Shown here: positions 21,412-28,893 of the stretch, piece after piece
How the letters are laid out: every line of letters begins with the position of its first letter
How positions within the stretch are numbered: the first letter of the stretch is position 1
Assembly: GCF_000011465.1 (NCBI RefSeq)
Contig: NC_005072.1
Location: forward strand, 630,001 to 662,000
DNA: 32,000 nt
Reading direction: 5' to 3'
Source: Prochlorococcus marinus subsp. pastoris str. CCMP1986
GTDB taxonomy: Bacteria; Cyanobacteriota; Cyanobacteriia; PCC-6307; Cyanobiaceae
The notes under the pieces: generated by a model
The model's database searches: none
Seen by the model: only the letters and a program-made list of their open reading frames with translations
What the model was told of the DNA's origin: nothing
Made by a program: the position numbers and the translations under genes

Positions 21412-22602
21412 ATGAATCAAAAAAAAAATATAGAAAATATACAGAAAAATTATTCAATAGGAATAATTGGAGGTGGTCAATTAGCTTTAATGCTTGCTGA
21501 AGCTGCAAAAAATAGAGGAATAAAAGTATGCGTTCAAACTAAATCTTCCAATGATCCAGCAGGTTCAAAAGCAGATTATGTAATTGAAGCTGATCCCCTA
21601 AAGGTAAAAGGGAATAAGGACTTAATTAAAGAGTGCGAAAAAATTATTTTTGAAAATGAATGGATTAAAATTGAAAAATTGAATTCAATTGATTCTAAAA
21701 ATATTTTTGTACCAAGCCTTGAATCAATTCAACCTTTGGTCGATAGGATCTCCCAAAAAATATTAATAGAAAGATTGAACCTCCCATCACCAAGATGGAA
21801 ATCAATAGAGGAATTTAAAAGTCTTAATGATGAAGAAATTGAGTCTTGGAATTTTCCTCTAATGATTAAATCTTATAAAGGAGGATATGACGGTAAAGGA
21901 AATACAAAAATCAATACTAGAGAAGATTTAAATTCTTTTTTTGTTGAAACCAATTCAGAAGAATGGATAATTGAAGAATGGGTTGATTATAAAAATGAGT
22001 TTGCTTTAGTAGGATCTAGAGATTTTGATGGAACAATAAGATTCTTTCCAATTGTCGAGACATTTCAAAAAAATAATATTTGTGATTGGGTTTTGTCTCC
22101 AGCTGAAATTGATTATGATTTGAAGACTTTTGCGAAAAATATTTTTTCATCAATAGTAAATGAACTTGATTATGTAGGAGTGATGGGAATTGAATTTTTT
22201 TATGGTGATAAAGGACTATTAATTAATGAAATAGCCCCTAGAACTCATAATTCCGCACACTTTTCTATTGAAGCTTGTTCTTCAAGCCAGTTCGATCAAT
22301 ATGTTTGTATATCTTCAGGCATCAAGCCTCCAGAAATAAAAATGCATTCCCAAGGATCCTTAATGATAAATTTACTAGGTTTAAATAAAAAATTTCCTTT
22401 GTCCATAAAAAAAAGATTAGAATTATTATCTCAAATCAGGGGTTCTAATCTCCATTGGTATGGTAAATCCAAAGAAAGTGTTGGAAGAAAAATGGCTCAT
22501 ATAACGTTTTTACTTAACGAAGATAATCAGTCGAAAAGATTTGTAAAATCAAAAGAAATATTAAATAAGGTAAGAGAGATTTGGCCATCTCCAAATGACT
22601 AA
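21412..22602 (+). CDS. purK: 5-(carboxyamino)imidazole ribonucleotide synthase
   Basis: 396 aa ATP-grasp; IGIIGGGQLALMLAEAAKNRGIKV, EWVDYKNEFALVGSRD, NEIAPRTHNSAHFSIEACSSSQFDQYVC. Confidence 0.92.
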   Translation: MNQKKNIENIQKNYSIGIIGGGQLALMLAEAAKNRGIKVCVQTKSSNDPAGSKADYVIEADPLKVKGNKDLIKECEKIIFENEWIKIEKLNSIDSKNIFVPSLESIQPLVDRISQKILIERLNLPSPRWKSIEEFKSLNDEEIESWNFPLMIKSYKGGYDGKGNTKINTREDLNSFFVETNSEEWIIEEWVDYKNEFALVGSRDFDGTIRFFPIVETFQKNNICDWVLSPAEIDYDLKTFAKNIFSSIVNELDYVGVMGIEFFYGDKGLLINEIAPRTHNSAHFSIEACSSSQFDQYVCISSGIKPPEIKMHSQGSLMINLLGLNKKFPLSIKKRLELLSQIRGSNLHWYGKSKESVGRKMAHITFLLNEDNQSKRFVKSKEILNKVREIWPSPND

Positions 22603-22634
22603 AGAAATAAGTTAATATTTACATACTGGATCTT

Positions 22635-22801
22635 TGGTCAAGTTCTTCTTTATGTGCTCTGATCTGACTCTTTTTCGACTTGAGGAGACTGTCGTGATGT
22701 AGACGTAAACCAATCCTGTAATTGGAAACGAAAGCCCACTTTGACTCCTCTTCTGGCTTTTCCAGGTCGATGCATCAGAGAACTGGCGGGGATTCGGTGT
22801 T
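22635..22801 (+). ncRNA. ssrS: Probable cyanobacterial 6S RNA (ssrS/ssaA, Yfr7-like); boundaries approximate
   Basis: Non-coding interval just downstream of purK, the known cyanobacterial 6S location. Pairing visible: 5' CTCTGAT (in GTGCTCTGATCTGACTC) with 3' ATCAGAG (in GCATCAGAGAAC); inner GAGGAG with CTCCTC; elongated rod with a central open region. Confidence 0.68.
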
Positions 22802-22802
22802 A

Positions 22803-22849
22803 CCTATCAAACTGCATGCTAATACATGCTTTTGATAGGTAATTTTATT
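22803..22849 (+). terminator. Stem-loop terminator following the 6S RNA-like gene
   Basis: CCTATCAAA (22803-22811) pairs perfectly with TTTGATAGG (22831-22839), inner GCATG/CATGC, then TAATTTTATT. Confidence 0.6.
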
Positions 22850-22943
22850 CCCAGAATCAAGAGAAAAAGGTAAATAAAAAATTCAATACTTGACGAACTA
22901 TACTCACTACACTACAGTAGTAGTACACCTGTATTACTTACTA

Positions 22944-23243
22944 ATGACTCTAGGAGGAGCCAATGTTTGGTCTAATTTTTCTTATGGCAGTCGTGTTGAT
23001 TCACCCAATGGCTGGATACTTAACCCGCAAGGCAGCTTTTTAATCTTATTTGAAAACTGCAAGAAATCAGCACGGAACAACATTAATGTTTATACCCATC
23101 TCTTATTTACAAATCATCTAGGAGAACCAGCAGGACTTAAAAACACAAGACTTCATGATCTTGACTCTGCGTTTGAAACATGGAATGAACTAATAGCTGG
23201 AGGATGGACTGAAGTAACAAACCAATTTCAAGAATCAGCATGA
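22944..23243 (+). CDS. DUF1651-like small picocyanobacterial protein
   Basis: SPNGWILNPQGSFLILFENCKKS...LKNTRLHDLDSAFETWNELIAGGWTEV. Start uncertain (22890 or 22944). Confidence 0.6.
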   Translation: MTLGGANVWSNFSYGSRVDSPNGWILNPQGSFLILFENCKKSARNNINVYTHLLFTNHLGEPAGLKNTRLHDLDSAFETWNELIAGGWTEVTNQFQESA

Positions 23244-23376
23244 CATACTTAAATCCAATCAAAAAGAAACTTTCAAAAGAGAATAGAAAAGTATCTGCTC
23301 AAGACCCATCAAAACTATTAGCAGAATTTTTTAGTGGCGTAGTAATTAACCTCGATGAAGAATACATCTATGACTA

Positions 23377-23607
23377 ATGGAAGATCCTCAGTCATGGGAT
23401 TACTTCGATTTTAACTCAGAACTGAAAAGCAAACGTACAAAGATTTGCATTACTTGCACTCACTTTCGTTACAGCACGATAGATCAATGTGTAACTATCT
23501 TGACCTGTCCCTTTCACCAGAAGCTTATTCCTCAAGGAGATCACTTAGTTAAGGGATGTAAATGTTGGAGAGAAAATAGAACTATCTTTGCGTCTGAAGC
23601 TGCTTAA
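23377..23607 (+). CDS. Small Cys/His-rich hypothetical protein
   Basis: 76 aa; ICITCTHFRYSTIDQCVTILTCPFHQKLIPQGDHLVKGCKCW, repeated Cys/His spacing suggests metal binding. Confidence 0.65.
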   Translation: MEDPQSWDYFDFNSELKSKRTKICITCTHFRYSTIDQCVTILTCPFHQKLIPQGDHLVKGCKCWRENRTIFASEAA

Positions 23608-23668
23608 CAAAAAGCATTGATAAATATATTTTATGCTTAAATATCTTTAAGTTCTTATTACATTCTAA

Positions 23669-23791
23669 ATGCCTTATTCAGAAACTAAAGTAATTATTGG
23701 TGGACTAGCCCATATCCCAGTCCTTATTTTTATTTTTAATTTCATAAAAAATAAATTTGAAGCTAGGGCTCAATCAACTTCTATTAGTTAA
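23669..23791 (+). CDS. Small hypothetical single-TM protein (40 aa)
   Basis: Hand-translated: MPYSETKVIIGGLAHIPVLIFIFNFIKNKFEARAQSTSIS*. Below the track cutoff. Confidence 0.35.
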   Translation: MPYSETKVIIGGLAHIPVLIFIFNFIKNKFEARAQSTSIS

Positions 23792-23817
23792 TATATTTGC
23801 CTAATCTTTATGTTTAG

Positions 23818-23964
23818 TTATTTGGCTTTCTTCAAATATAGATTCTTTTTATTAGCCTGATCTGATGTAAACAACATAACTAATATTGTCCCAACTAAGA
23901 ATGAAAACATCGTTGTTACCTCTAAGACCGTCACCATCTCACTAGGCAGATAATTTGTAAACAT
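23818..23964 (-). CDS. Small hypothetical single-TM protein (48 aa)
   Basis: Hand-translated reverse strand: MFTNYLPSEMVTVLEVTTMFSFLVGTILVMLFTSDQANKKNLYLKKAK*. One hydrophobic helix with a basic tail. Confidence 0.4.
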   Translation of the reverse strand: MFTNYLPSEMVTVLEVTTMFSFLVGTILVMLFTSDQANKKNLYLKKAK

Positions 23965-24111
23965 AATAAAGTTCAACTCTTATTTCAAACGTAGCAACTA
24001 TTCAAATTTTGACCATTGGTAATAACTTTATTTATTCGAAGTTTTAACAATGAGTTTTTAAAAATAAGAAATACCTTTTTAAAACAACTATATTCCTAAT
24101 AAATTTTTTAT

Positions 24112-24374
24112 ATGAAAATTTCTGACAATTTAACTACTTCAGTTGTAGATCCAAAGACAACGAAAAGAAAATATCCAAAAGCAAGGATAATTGTTCTTGA
24201 TGATAATTTTAATACGTTTGAACACGTAGCAAATTGTCTTGTAAGAACTATCCCTGGAATAAGTGAAAAAAATCATTATTACTTGCACTCTTAGTTGATA
24301 GGGAAGGTTCGGCAGAAGTATGGAGAGGACCCTTTGAGCAGGCAGAACTATATCATCAGCAACTTGTCACCTAA
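24112..24374 (+). pseudogene. clpS: ClpS-like adaptor gene split by an apparent -1 frameshift at an A7 run
   Basis: Frame 1: ...KYPKARIIVLDDNFNTFEHVANCLVRTIPGISEKN then HYYLHS*. Shifting -1 at GAAAAAAAT continues SLLLALLVDREGSAEVWRGPFEQAELYHQQLVT*, the typical ClpS C-terminal half. Confidence 0.8.
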
Positions 24375-24499
24375 TGATTAACTATGGCACCAATTGAAAA
24401 GACATAAAAAATAGTAAATACTTGGTGAATTACTTTTTTCAGCATATAACCAATAAGTAACAATACTCATCAATATCCACGAAAAAAAATATCTTGTAT

Positions 24500-24577
24500 A
24501 TGTTATATATGTGTGTAGGAGAAGTTTTACTGAAACAGTGGAAACAAGGAAACACTTGGTTTAGTAAAACTATATAA
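24500..24577 (+). CDS. Possible micro-ORF (25 aa) ending at a strong terminator
   Basis: MLYMCVGEVLLKQWKQGNTWFSKTI*; the stop codon abuts the terminator hairpin. No homology claim. Confidence 0.25.
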   Translation: MLYMCVGEVLLKQWKQGNTWFSKTI

Positions 24578-24604
24578 AGATCTCTAGAAATAGAGATCTT
24601 TTTT
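24576..24604 (+). terminator. Strong Rho-independent terminator
   Basis: AAAGATCTCTA (24576-24586) GAAA (24587-24590) TAGAGATCTTT (24591-24601) followed by TTT: 11-bp perfect stem, GNRA-type tetraloop, T tract. Confidence 0.85.
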
Positions 24605-24708
24605 ATTATCTAGTTTTAATTTGCATAAAAATGTACTTTTGACAGTAATAGAAATGTATTAATAGTCATAAAAAGAGTTTTTAAATAGTCTCTTATGTAG
24701 ATCAACTT

Positions 24709-24840
24709 TCAATCGTATATTTTATCTTGGTCTAAAATTTCTCTTTTGTATTTCTCACTAAGTTCATAATTGTATTGAAATTTCTGTATTATTTTTACGA
24801 TTTCATCGATAGCTTTTTCTGTTTCTTCTTTAGGTTTCAT
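24709..24840 (-). CDS. Small hypothetical protein (43 aa)
   Basis: Hand-translated: MKPKEETEKAIDEIVKIIQKFQYNYELSEKYKREILDQDKIYD*. Confidence 0.4.
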   Translation of the reverse strand: MKPKEETEKAIDEIVKIIQKFQYNYELSEKYKREILDQDKIYD

Positions 24841-25056
24841 GATTTAATAAACGGTGAAAGTAGTAAGAGTTTTATTGTAATTTTCTTACTAAATTTATAG
24901 TTTTTATTATTTGTGTTTCTTAAATTTGAATTCAAAATAAGAAAGCAATAATACAAAAAGAAAAACCAAGATTAATCCCAATCAAACCATACGTAATTTT
25001 AGTTAAAACCAAATCATAGCAAAATTGTATTTGCGGCAAGTGTTGAGGTATGTGCC

Positions 25057-25200
25057 TTATTTATCAGTTGAAGTTTCTATATCTTCATAAAGAGTTTTAG
25101 TTGATCTACTAAATCCATTAGCTCTTAGGTATGCCTGGGACTCTCTAAACTTTTCTGCTAGTCTTTGCGCGTATGGAGTACTTATTGAAGAATGAGTCAT
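25057..25200 (-). CDS. Small hypothetical protein (47 aa)
   Basis: Hand-translated: MTHSSISTPYAQRLAEKFRESQAYLRANGFSRSTKTLYEDIETSTDK*. Confidence 0.45.
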   Translation of the reverse strand: MTHSSISTPYAQRLAEKFRESQAYLRANGFSRSTKTLYEDIETSTDK

Positions 25201-25345
25201 AATATTTACTTTGCAATTACATCCATAATGCAAATTAATTGAATAATTGAAAAATGATCAACCGTACAAAAATGACAAATTTAAGACTTTTTACTTAGTT
25301 GAAATAATTAGTGAAAATAAAGAGAGGATTGTGAAGACTGCATAA

Positions 25346-25585
25346 TTAATTAGAATCATTTCTGAATTTAATTGAACGAATCCAAGAATAGTATCTCGAT
25401 TTTCTATTTCGTTGCTCTTTAAAAATTAATCTATCTGCGGTCTGCGACGGTGATTCTCCCCTCTTAATATCGGTCGACATGGCAATACCAAATCCACTAG
25501 CCTCAATTTTAGGAGTTCCACCTTCAAGATAAAAGAGAAAGGACCAACCTTTATTCCACCCAAGATAAAAAGGATTTTGGGACAT
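25346..25585 (-). CDS. Hypothetical protein (79 aa)
   Basis: MSQNPFYLGWNKGWSFLFYLEGGTPKIEASGFGIAMSTDIKRGESPSQTADRLIFKEQRNRKSRYYSWIRSIKFRNDSN; the track ORF starts 29 codons upstream at 25672. Confidence 0.5.
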   Translation of the reverse strand: MSQNPFYLGWNKGWSFLFYLEGGTPKIEASGFGIAMSTDIKRGESPSQTADRLIFKEQRNRKSRYYSWIRSIKFRNDSN

Positions 25586-25764
25586 GAATTTATTTATAAT
25601 TAATACACCAATAATAATTTCTAAATAAAATCTTTTAATGTATTTAGTAATACATCTAGAAATAGTTTCCAAAAAAAAAGGGAGCTAATTACTCCTTTTC
25701 TTGATCAACTTTGAATCACTTATTTATGTTGGAATTTTTACTCTCCATAAAAGGCTAATTTGTT

Positions 25765-25920
25765 TTAGCCAGAACAAGAAAAGGCGCCTGCAAGAATATT
25801 TTTAAAAATCGGTGCTTGACCTAATGCATATAAGAAAAAGACTGATGATGCAAAAGTAAGGACTATTTTATAAGTTTTGTTAACTTTTAAATTAGAGAAC
25901 TTTGTAAGTGCTGAGTTCAT
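25765..25920 (-). CDS. Small hypothetical membrane protein (51 aa)
   Basis: Hand-translated: MNSALTKFSNLKVNKTYKIVLTFASSVFFLYALGQAPIFKNILAGAFSCSG*. GGCTAA/TTAGCC hairpin at the stop codon followed by TTTT. Confidence 0.4.
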   Translation of the reverse strand: MNSALTKFSNLKVNKTYKIVLTFASSVFFLYALGQAPIFKNILAGAFSCSG

Positions 25921-25988
25921 TTTTTCATTATTTCTATAACCAATATAGCCCCTTAAATAAAAGATTCAGCATCAAAATTTACCAAAAA

Positions 25989-26198
25989 TTAATTTTGTTG
26001 TTGCGGTAATTCGGTGGCATTTTTTATTTGTTCAAATTCATTTTTAGAAACGACTCTTATTTTGTAATTTGGATATCTTCTTTTCCACCAGTTATTTATT
26101 GATATTGCAATTCCATCCAAGTCTTCAGTACAGATATGTACACATATAATTTTATCTTGATCTTGCTTAAAAAATTCCCAATTCGTAGGTGAATTCAT
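25989..26198 (-). CDS. Hypothetical protein (69 aa)
   Basis: Track ORF MNSPTNWEFFKQDQDKIICVHICTEDLDGIAISINNWWKRRYPNYKIRVVSKNEFEQIKNATELPQQQN. Confidence 0.5.
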   Translation of the reverse strand: MNSPTNWEFFKQDQDKIICVHICTEDLDGIAISINNWWKRRYPNYKIRVVSKNEFEQIKNATELPQQQN

Positions 26199-26274
26199 TT
26201 AATAAAGTAAATAACTAAACCTATAAAAGAACTTCCTACCAGTAGCAGGACCATTAATAAAGCTATTAGCTTTG

Positions 26275-26664
26275 CTAGACCCATAAAGATAAATTCGAAT
26301 CTCCTGTTGATCTCTGCATCCAATGAATTTTCCAAACATTACCCACTTTTTTAAAAATAGAAGTAACTGTTGGCAAATCATCATTAGGAGTCCCTTTATA
26401 TCTGAATTTTGAACCAAAAGTGAAAATGCACATTGCGACATTATCACTTAGAAATTCGAATCGGTGTATTTTTGTTATTTCTGCTTTTTCTTGTACTACA
26501 TCCCCAGAGTTCATCATTTCTTCAAATCCTTTTGCACTTATTGGATTACCACTTGGTCTGATAAATAAAAAATCGGGAGTTGCATTGTTCATGAAAAAAG
26601 AACCCATCTTTTCTGGGGATGCGAGCTCATCTAACAATGAAATAATTTTTTCTTTATCAGTCAT
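26275..26664 (-). CDS. NTF2/SnoaL-like fold protein
   Basis: 129 aa; MTDKEKIISLLDELAS...FLFIRPSGNPISAKGFEEMM...VAMCIFTFGSKFRYKGTPNDDLPTVTSIFKKVGNVWKIHWMQRST. Confidence 0.65.
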   Translation of the reverse strand: MTDKEKIISLLDELASPEKMGSFFMNNATPDFLFIRPSGNPISAKGFEEMMNSGDVVQEKAEITKIHRFEFLSDNVAMCIFTFGSKFRYKGTPNDDLPTVTSIFKKVGNVWKIHWMQRSTGDSNLSLWV

Positions 26665-26769
26665 TAGAAATGTTAGTTTTATCTATATTATTTTAGACAG
26701 ACTGTCAATAATCTATTTAGTTTTAATAATTGTAAATATCTATCGTCAAACAAACTAATTGTTTAAGTA

Positions 26770-26943
26770 TTAACTTGCGGTATCTTCTTGGGCCCATTCT
26801 TTATGTTTTTGTTCTAGATCTGTAACTGAATCCCTTTGATAAGTTAACTTTAAATGATTATGAGCTAGCTGATCTTTGGCTACCTTCATATCGTTTGAAA
26901 AGAAATTCAATGGCTCTACTTTCATACCTTTTTTATTTTCCAT
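26770..26943 (-). CDS. Small hypothetical protein (57 aa)
   Basis: Hand-translated: MENKKGMKVEPLNFFSNDMKVAKDQLAHNHLKLTYQRDSVTDLEQKHKEWAQEDTAS*. Confidence 0.45.
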   Translation of the reverse strand: MENKKGMKVEPLNFFSNDMKVAKDQLAHNHLKLTYQRDSVTDLEQKHKEWAQEDTAS

Positions 26944-27048
26944 TGTTTCTCCGATTCTTTAAATACGAATACATTTATAAAATGTTTTTATAAGAAACCC
27001 CAGAAATTTAATCTTTTATTTGGATTTGCTTTACAGATTTAGATGAAA

Positions 27049-27258
27049 TTACTTATTTAGAGGGGTCAAGACTTGAGTTGGAATCCAACTGGGTTTATCC
27101 ATAATCCATTTCTCTCTGTCTTCATATTTAACTGTCCATAAAAAAAATGAAGATATTTGCTTTAAAGATACTCCAACTATGAATCTTGTTCTTGGACTGA
27201 TAGTAATAAATCCAACCATTAAAATTAATAAAATTAATCTAAAAATAGTTTTAAACAT
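27049..27258 (-). CDS. Small hypothetical membrane protein (69 aa)
   Basis: Track ORF MFKTIFRLILLILMVGFITISPRTRFIVGVSLKQISSFFLWTVKYEDREKWIMDKPSWIPTQVLTPLNK. Confidence 0.45.
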   Translation of the reverse strand: MFKTIFRLILLILMVGFITISPRTRFIVGVSLKQISSFFLWTVKYEDREKWIMDKPSWIPTQVLTPLNK

Positions 27259-27729
27259 TTAAAAATATTATGGATTAAATTAGTAAATTTTTCATTTAAT
27301 CCAAATACTAGCAACAGCAGTATTCATATTTATACCATTTTTTTTAAAGATATAAAAATGTTTTTTTATTATTTAGCCTCCATTAAAAAAGAAAAAAAAG
27401 ATTGACTACTGACTTTAGTAATCAACCTCTTAACTTAGTTATGTGTAATAGTAAACAATTGGCTGCTTAAACCAATCTAATGAACTTCTCTGGTGGACTA
27501 TCAATCATTTCTAATCCCTCCGTTTGAATAATTCAAAGTTAGTATGAATAAATTTTTTTGTATATGCGCAAATATGCTGATTTATTTAAAACTTAGTATG
27601 AACAAACTTTTTATTTTTTCTTCTAAAGTTTTTAACAGATAACGTTTAATAATTATTTTAGGTATTCTTACGCTTGATTTTTACAAGTAGTACGTACTAG
27701 ATAACACTCAAATCAAAGGAGGTTATCAA

Positions 27730-27891
27730 ATGACCAACTTGGGATTAGAGCTACTCATATTGACTGTATTACTTATTTATTTTGGAGTTTTTATGACTCA
27801 AAATATTTATGAACAATATGAAAAAGCCTATTTACGCAAAACTATTTTTTGCAGCAAATCAAAAAGTGACCCCTATTGCATTGCTGAATAA
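27730..27891 (+). CDS. Small single-TM protein (53 aa) with full-length Shine-Dalgarno
   Basis: MTNLGLELLILTVLLIYFGVFMTQNIYEQYEKAYLRKTIFCSKSKSDPYCIAE*; AAAGGAGGT at 27715-27723, 6 nt before ATG. Confidence 0.6.
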   Translation: MTNLGLELLILTVLLIYFGVFMTQNIYEQYEKAYLRKTIFCSKSKSDPYCIAE

Positions 27892-27928
27892 CTAGGGTTT
27901 AAAACATTTCTTAAAAAGGAGGTTAATC

Positions 27929-28111
27929 ATGTATTGCGGGAATTCATATAAACATATGCTCAAAAATGCAGTCAATTCTTTTCTAAATATTTTTACTGCT
28001 CTTGAGTCAAACTCAAGAGCTTTATCTGATGACCAAATGGAATGCATGCAATTTGGGATTTGTTCTTTTGTTCCAAAGACATCAGAAGAAATTTCCTATT
28101 TTCATTACTAA
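27929..28111 (+). CDS. Small hypothetical protein (60 aa) with full-length Shine-Dalgarno
   Basis: MYCGNSYKHMLKNAVNSFLNIFTALESNSRALSDDQMECMQFGICSFVPKTSEEISYFHY; AAAGGAGGT at 27915-27923, 5 nt before ATG. Confidence 0.55.
   Translation: MYCGNSYKHMLKNAVNSFLNIFTALESNSRALSDDQMECMQFGICSFVPKTSEEISYFHY
27998..28020 (+). repeat. Perfect 9-bp inverted repeat inside the small ORF at 27929
   Basis: GCTCTTGAG-TCAAA-CTCAAGAGC. Confidence 0.85.
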
Positions 28112-28124
28112 TTAGGAGAAAAAC

Positions 28125-28271
28125 ATGAAGATTCAAACGCCTTTCACAGTTCTACCAAAGTACTTTAATTACTTCCACAACTACTCTAATAAGGCTAACG
28201 AAGAATTAGTTTTATATACTTATATTCCTGAGTACCTAAAAAAAATACTGAAAAAAATTAAGAAGCTTTAA
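28125..28271 (+). CDS. Small hypothetical protein (48 aa)
   Basis: MKIQTPFTVLPKYFNYFHNYSNKANEELVLYTYIPEYLKKILKKIKKL*, preceded by TAGGAG. Confidence 0.4.
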   Translation: MKIQTPFTVLPKYFNYFHNYSNKANEELVLYTYIPEYLKKILKKIKKL

Positions 28272-28634
28272 TTAAAAGTTATTGAGATAAGGAATGTTCA
28301 AATCATCCTACTAATCAGTATTGTTTAGTCTATTGTGATTAACCTTTTTAATTCTTTTTATCCCAACTTGTTTATTGATTACAAGTGAATTATTCTAAAT
28401 TTTTTAGTCTGTTATGAAGAACTTGCTAAAGGATTTGAATGAATTAAGTTTTTAATTATTTATACACAATTTAGGTAAATTATAAAATGTTAATCATATC
28501 AATTTTGAATCACTATTTTAAATTTCTATTATTGGAATTAAAATTAAAAAATTAATTTTTAGTGTTTGAAGAATATATTAAGATACTTAATAAGTTTTAT
28601 GCTTTATTTAAACAATATTTGAAATCTTAACTAT

Positions 28635-28889
28635 TTAAATAAAACCTGGAATTATCCATCCAAAAAAACCATAATTTACAACTAAGGCCAATAAACCAAC
28701 CATGGCTAACCTCCCATTTGTTATTTCGGCATTTTTCCAAAAGCTTTTTTTTCTGTTATTCATTTTGGGGGACTTTTGGGAATCAAATAAATTAGGGTCT
28801 AAAGGCTCCTGTAATCTCTTTATGGTGTAAAGGGTAAATTGCAATGTTATAGCTATAACGACAATTATAAAACCAGTAAGTGGACTCAT
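28635..28889 (-). CDS. hli: High-light-inducible protein (Hli/SCP family), 84 aa
   Basis: C-terminal NAEITNGRLAMVGLLALVVNYGFFGWIIPGFI, one-helix chlorophyll a/b-binding motif. Confidence 0.88.
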   Translation of the reverse strand: MSPLTGFIIVVIAITLQFTLYTIKRLQEPLDPNLFDSQKSPKMNNRKKSFWKNAEITNGRLAMVGLLALVVNYGFFGWIIPGFI

Positions 28890-28893
28890 TAGA

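Noticed and set aside
24371-24445. Minus-strand 24-aa ORF MLKKVIHQVFTIFYVFSIGAIVNH
   Set aside because: Very short, no SD seen and overlaps the end of the clpS frame; not enough support to call.
26199-26758. ORFs 26199..26447 (-) and 26420..26758 (+)
   Set aside because: They overlap the better supported NTF2-like ORF at 26275-26664 in other frames.
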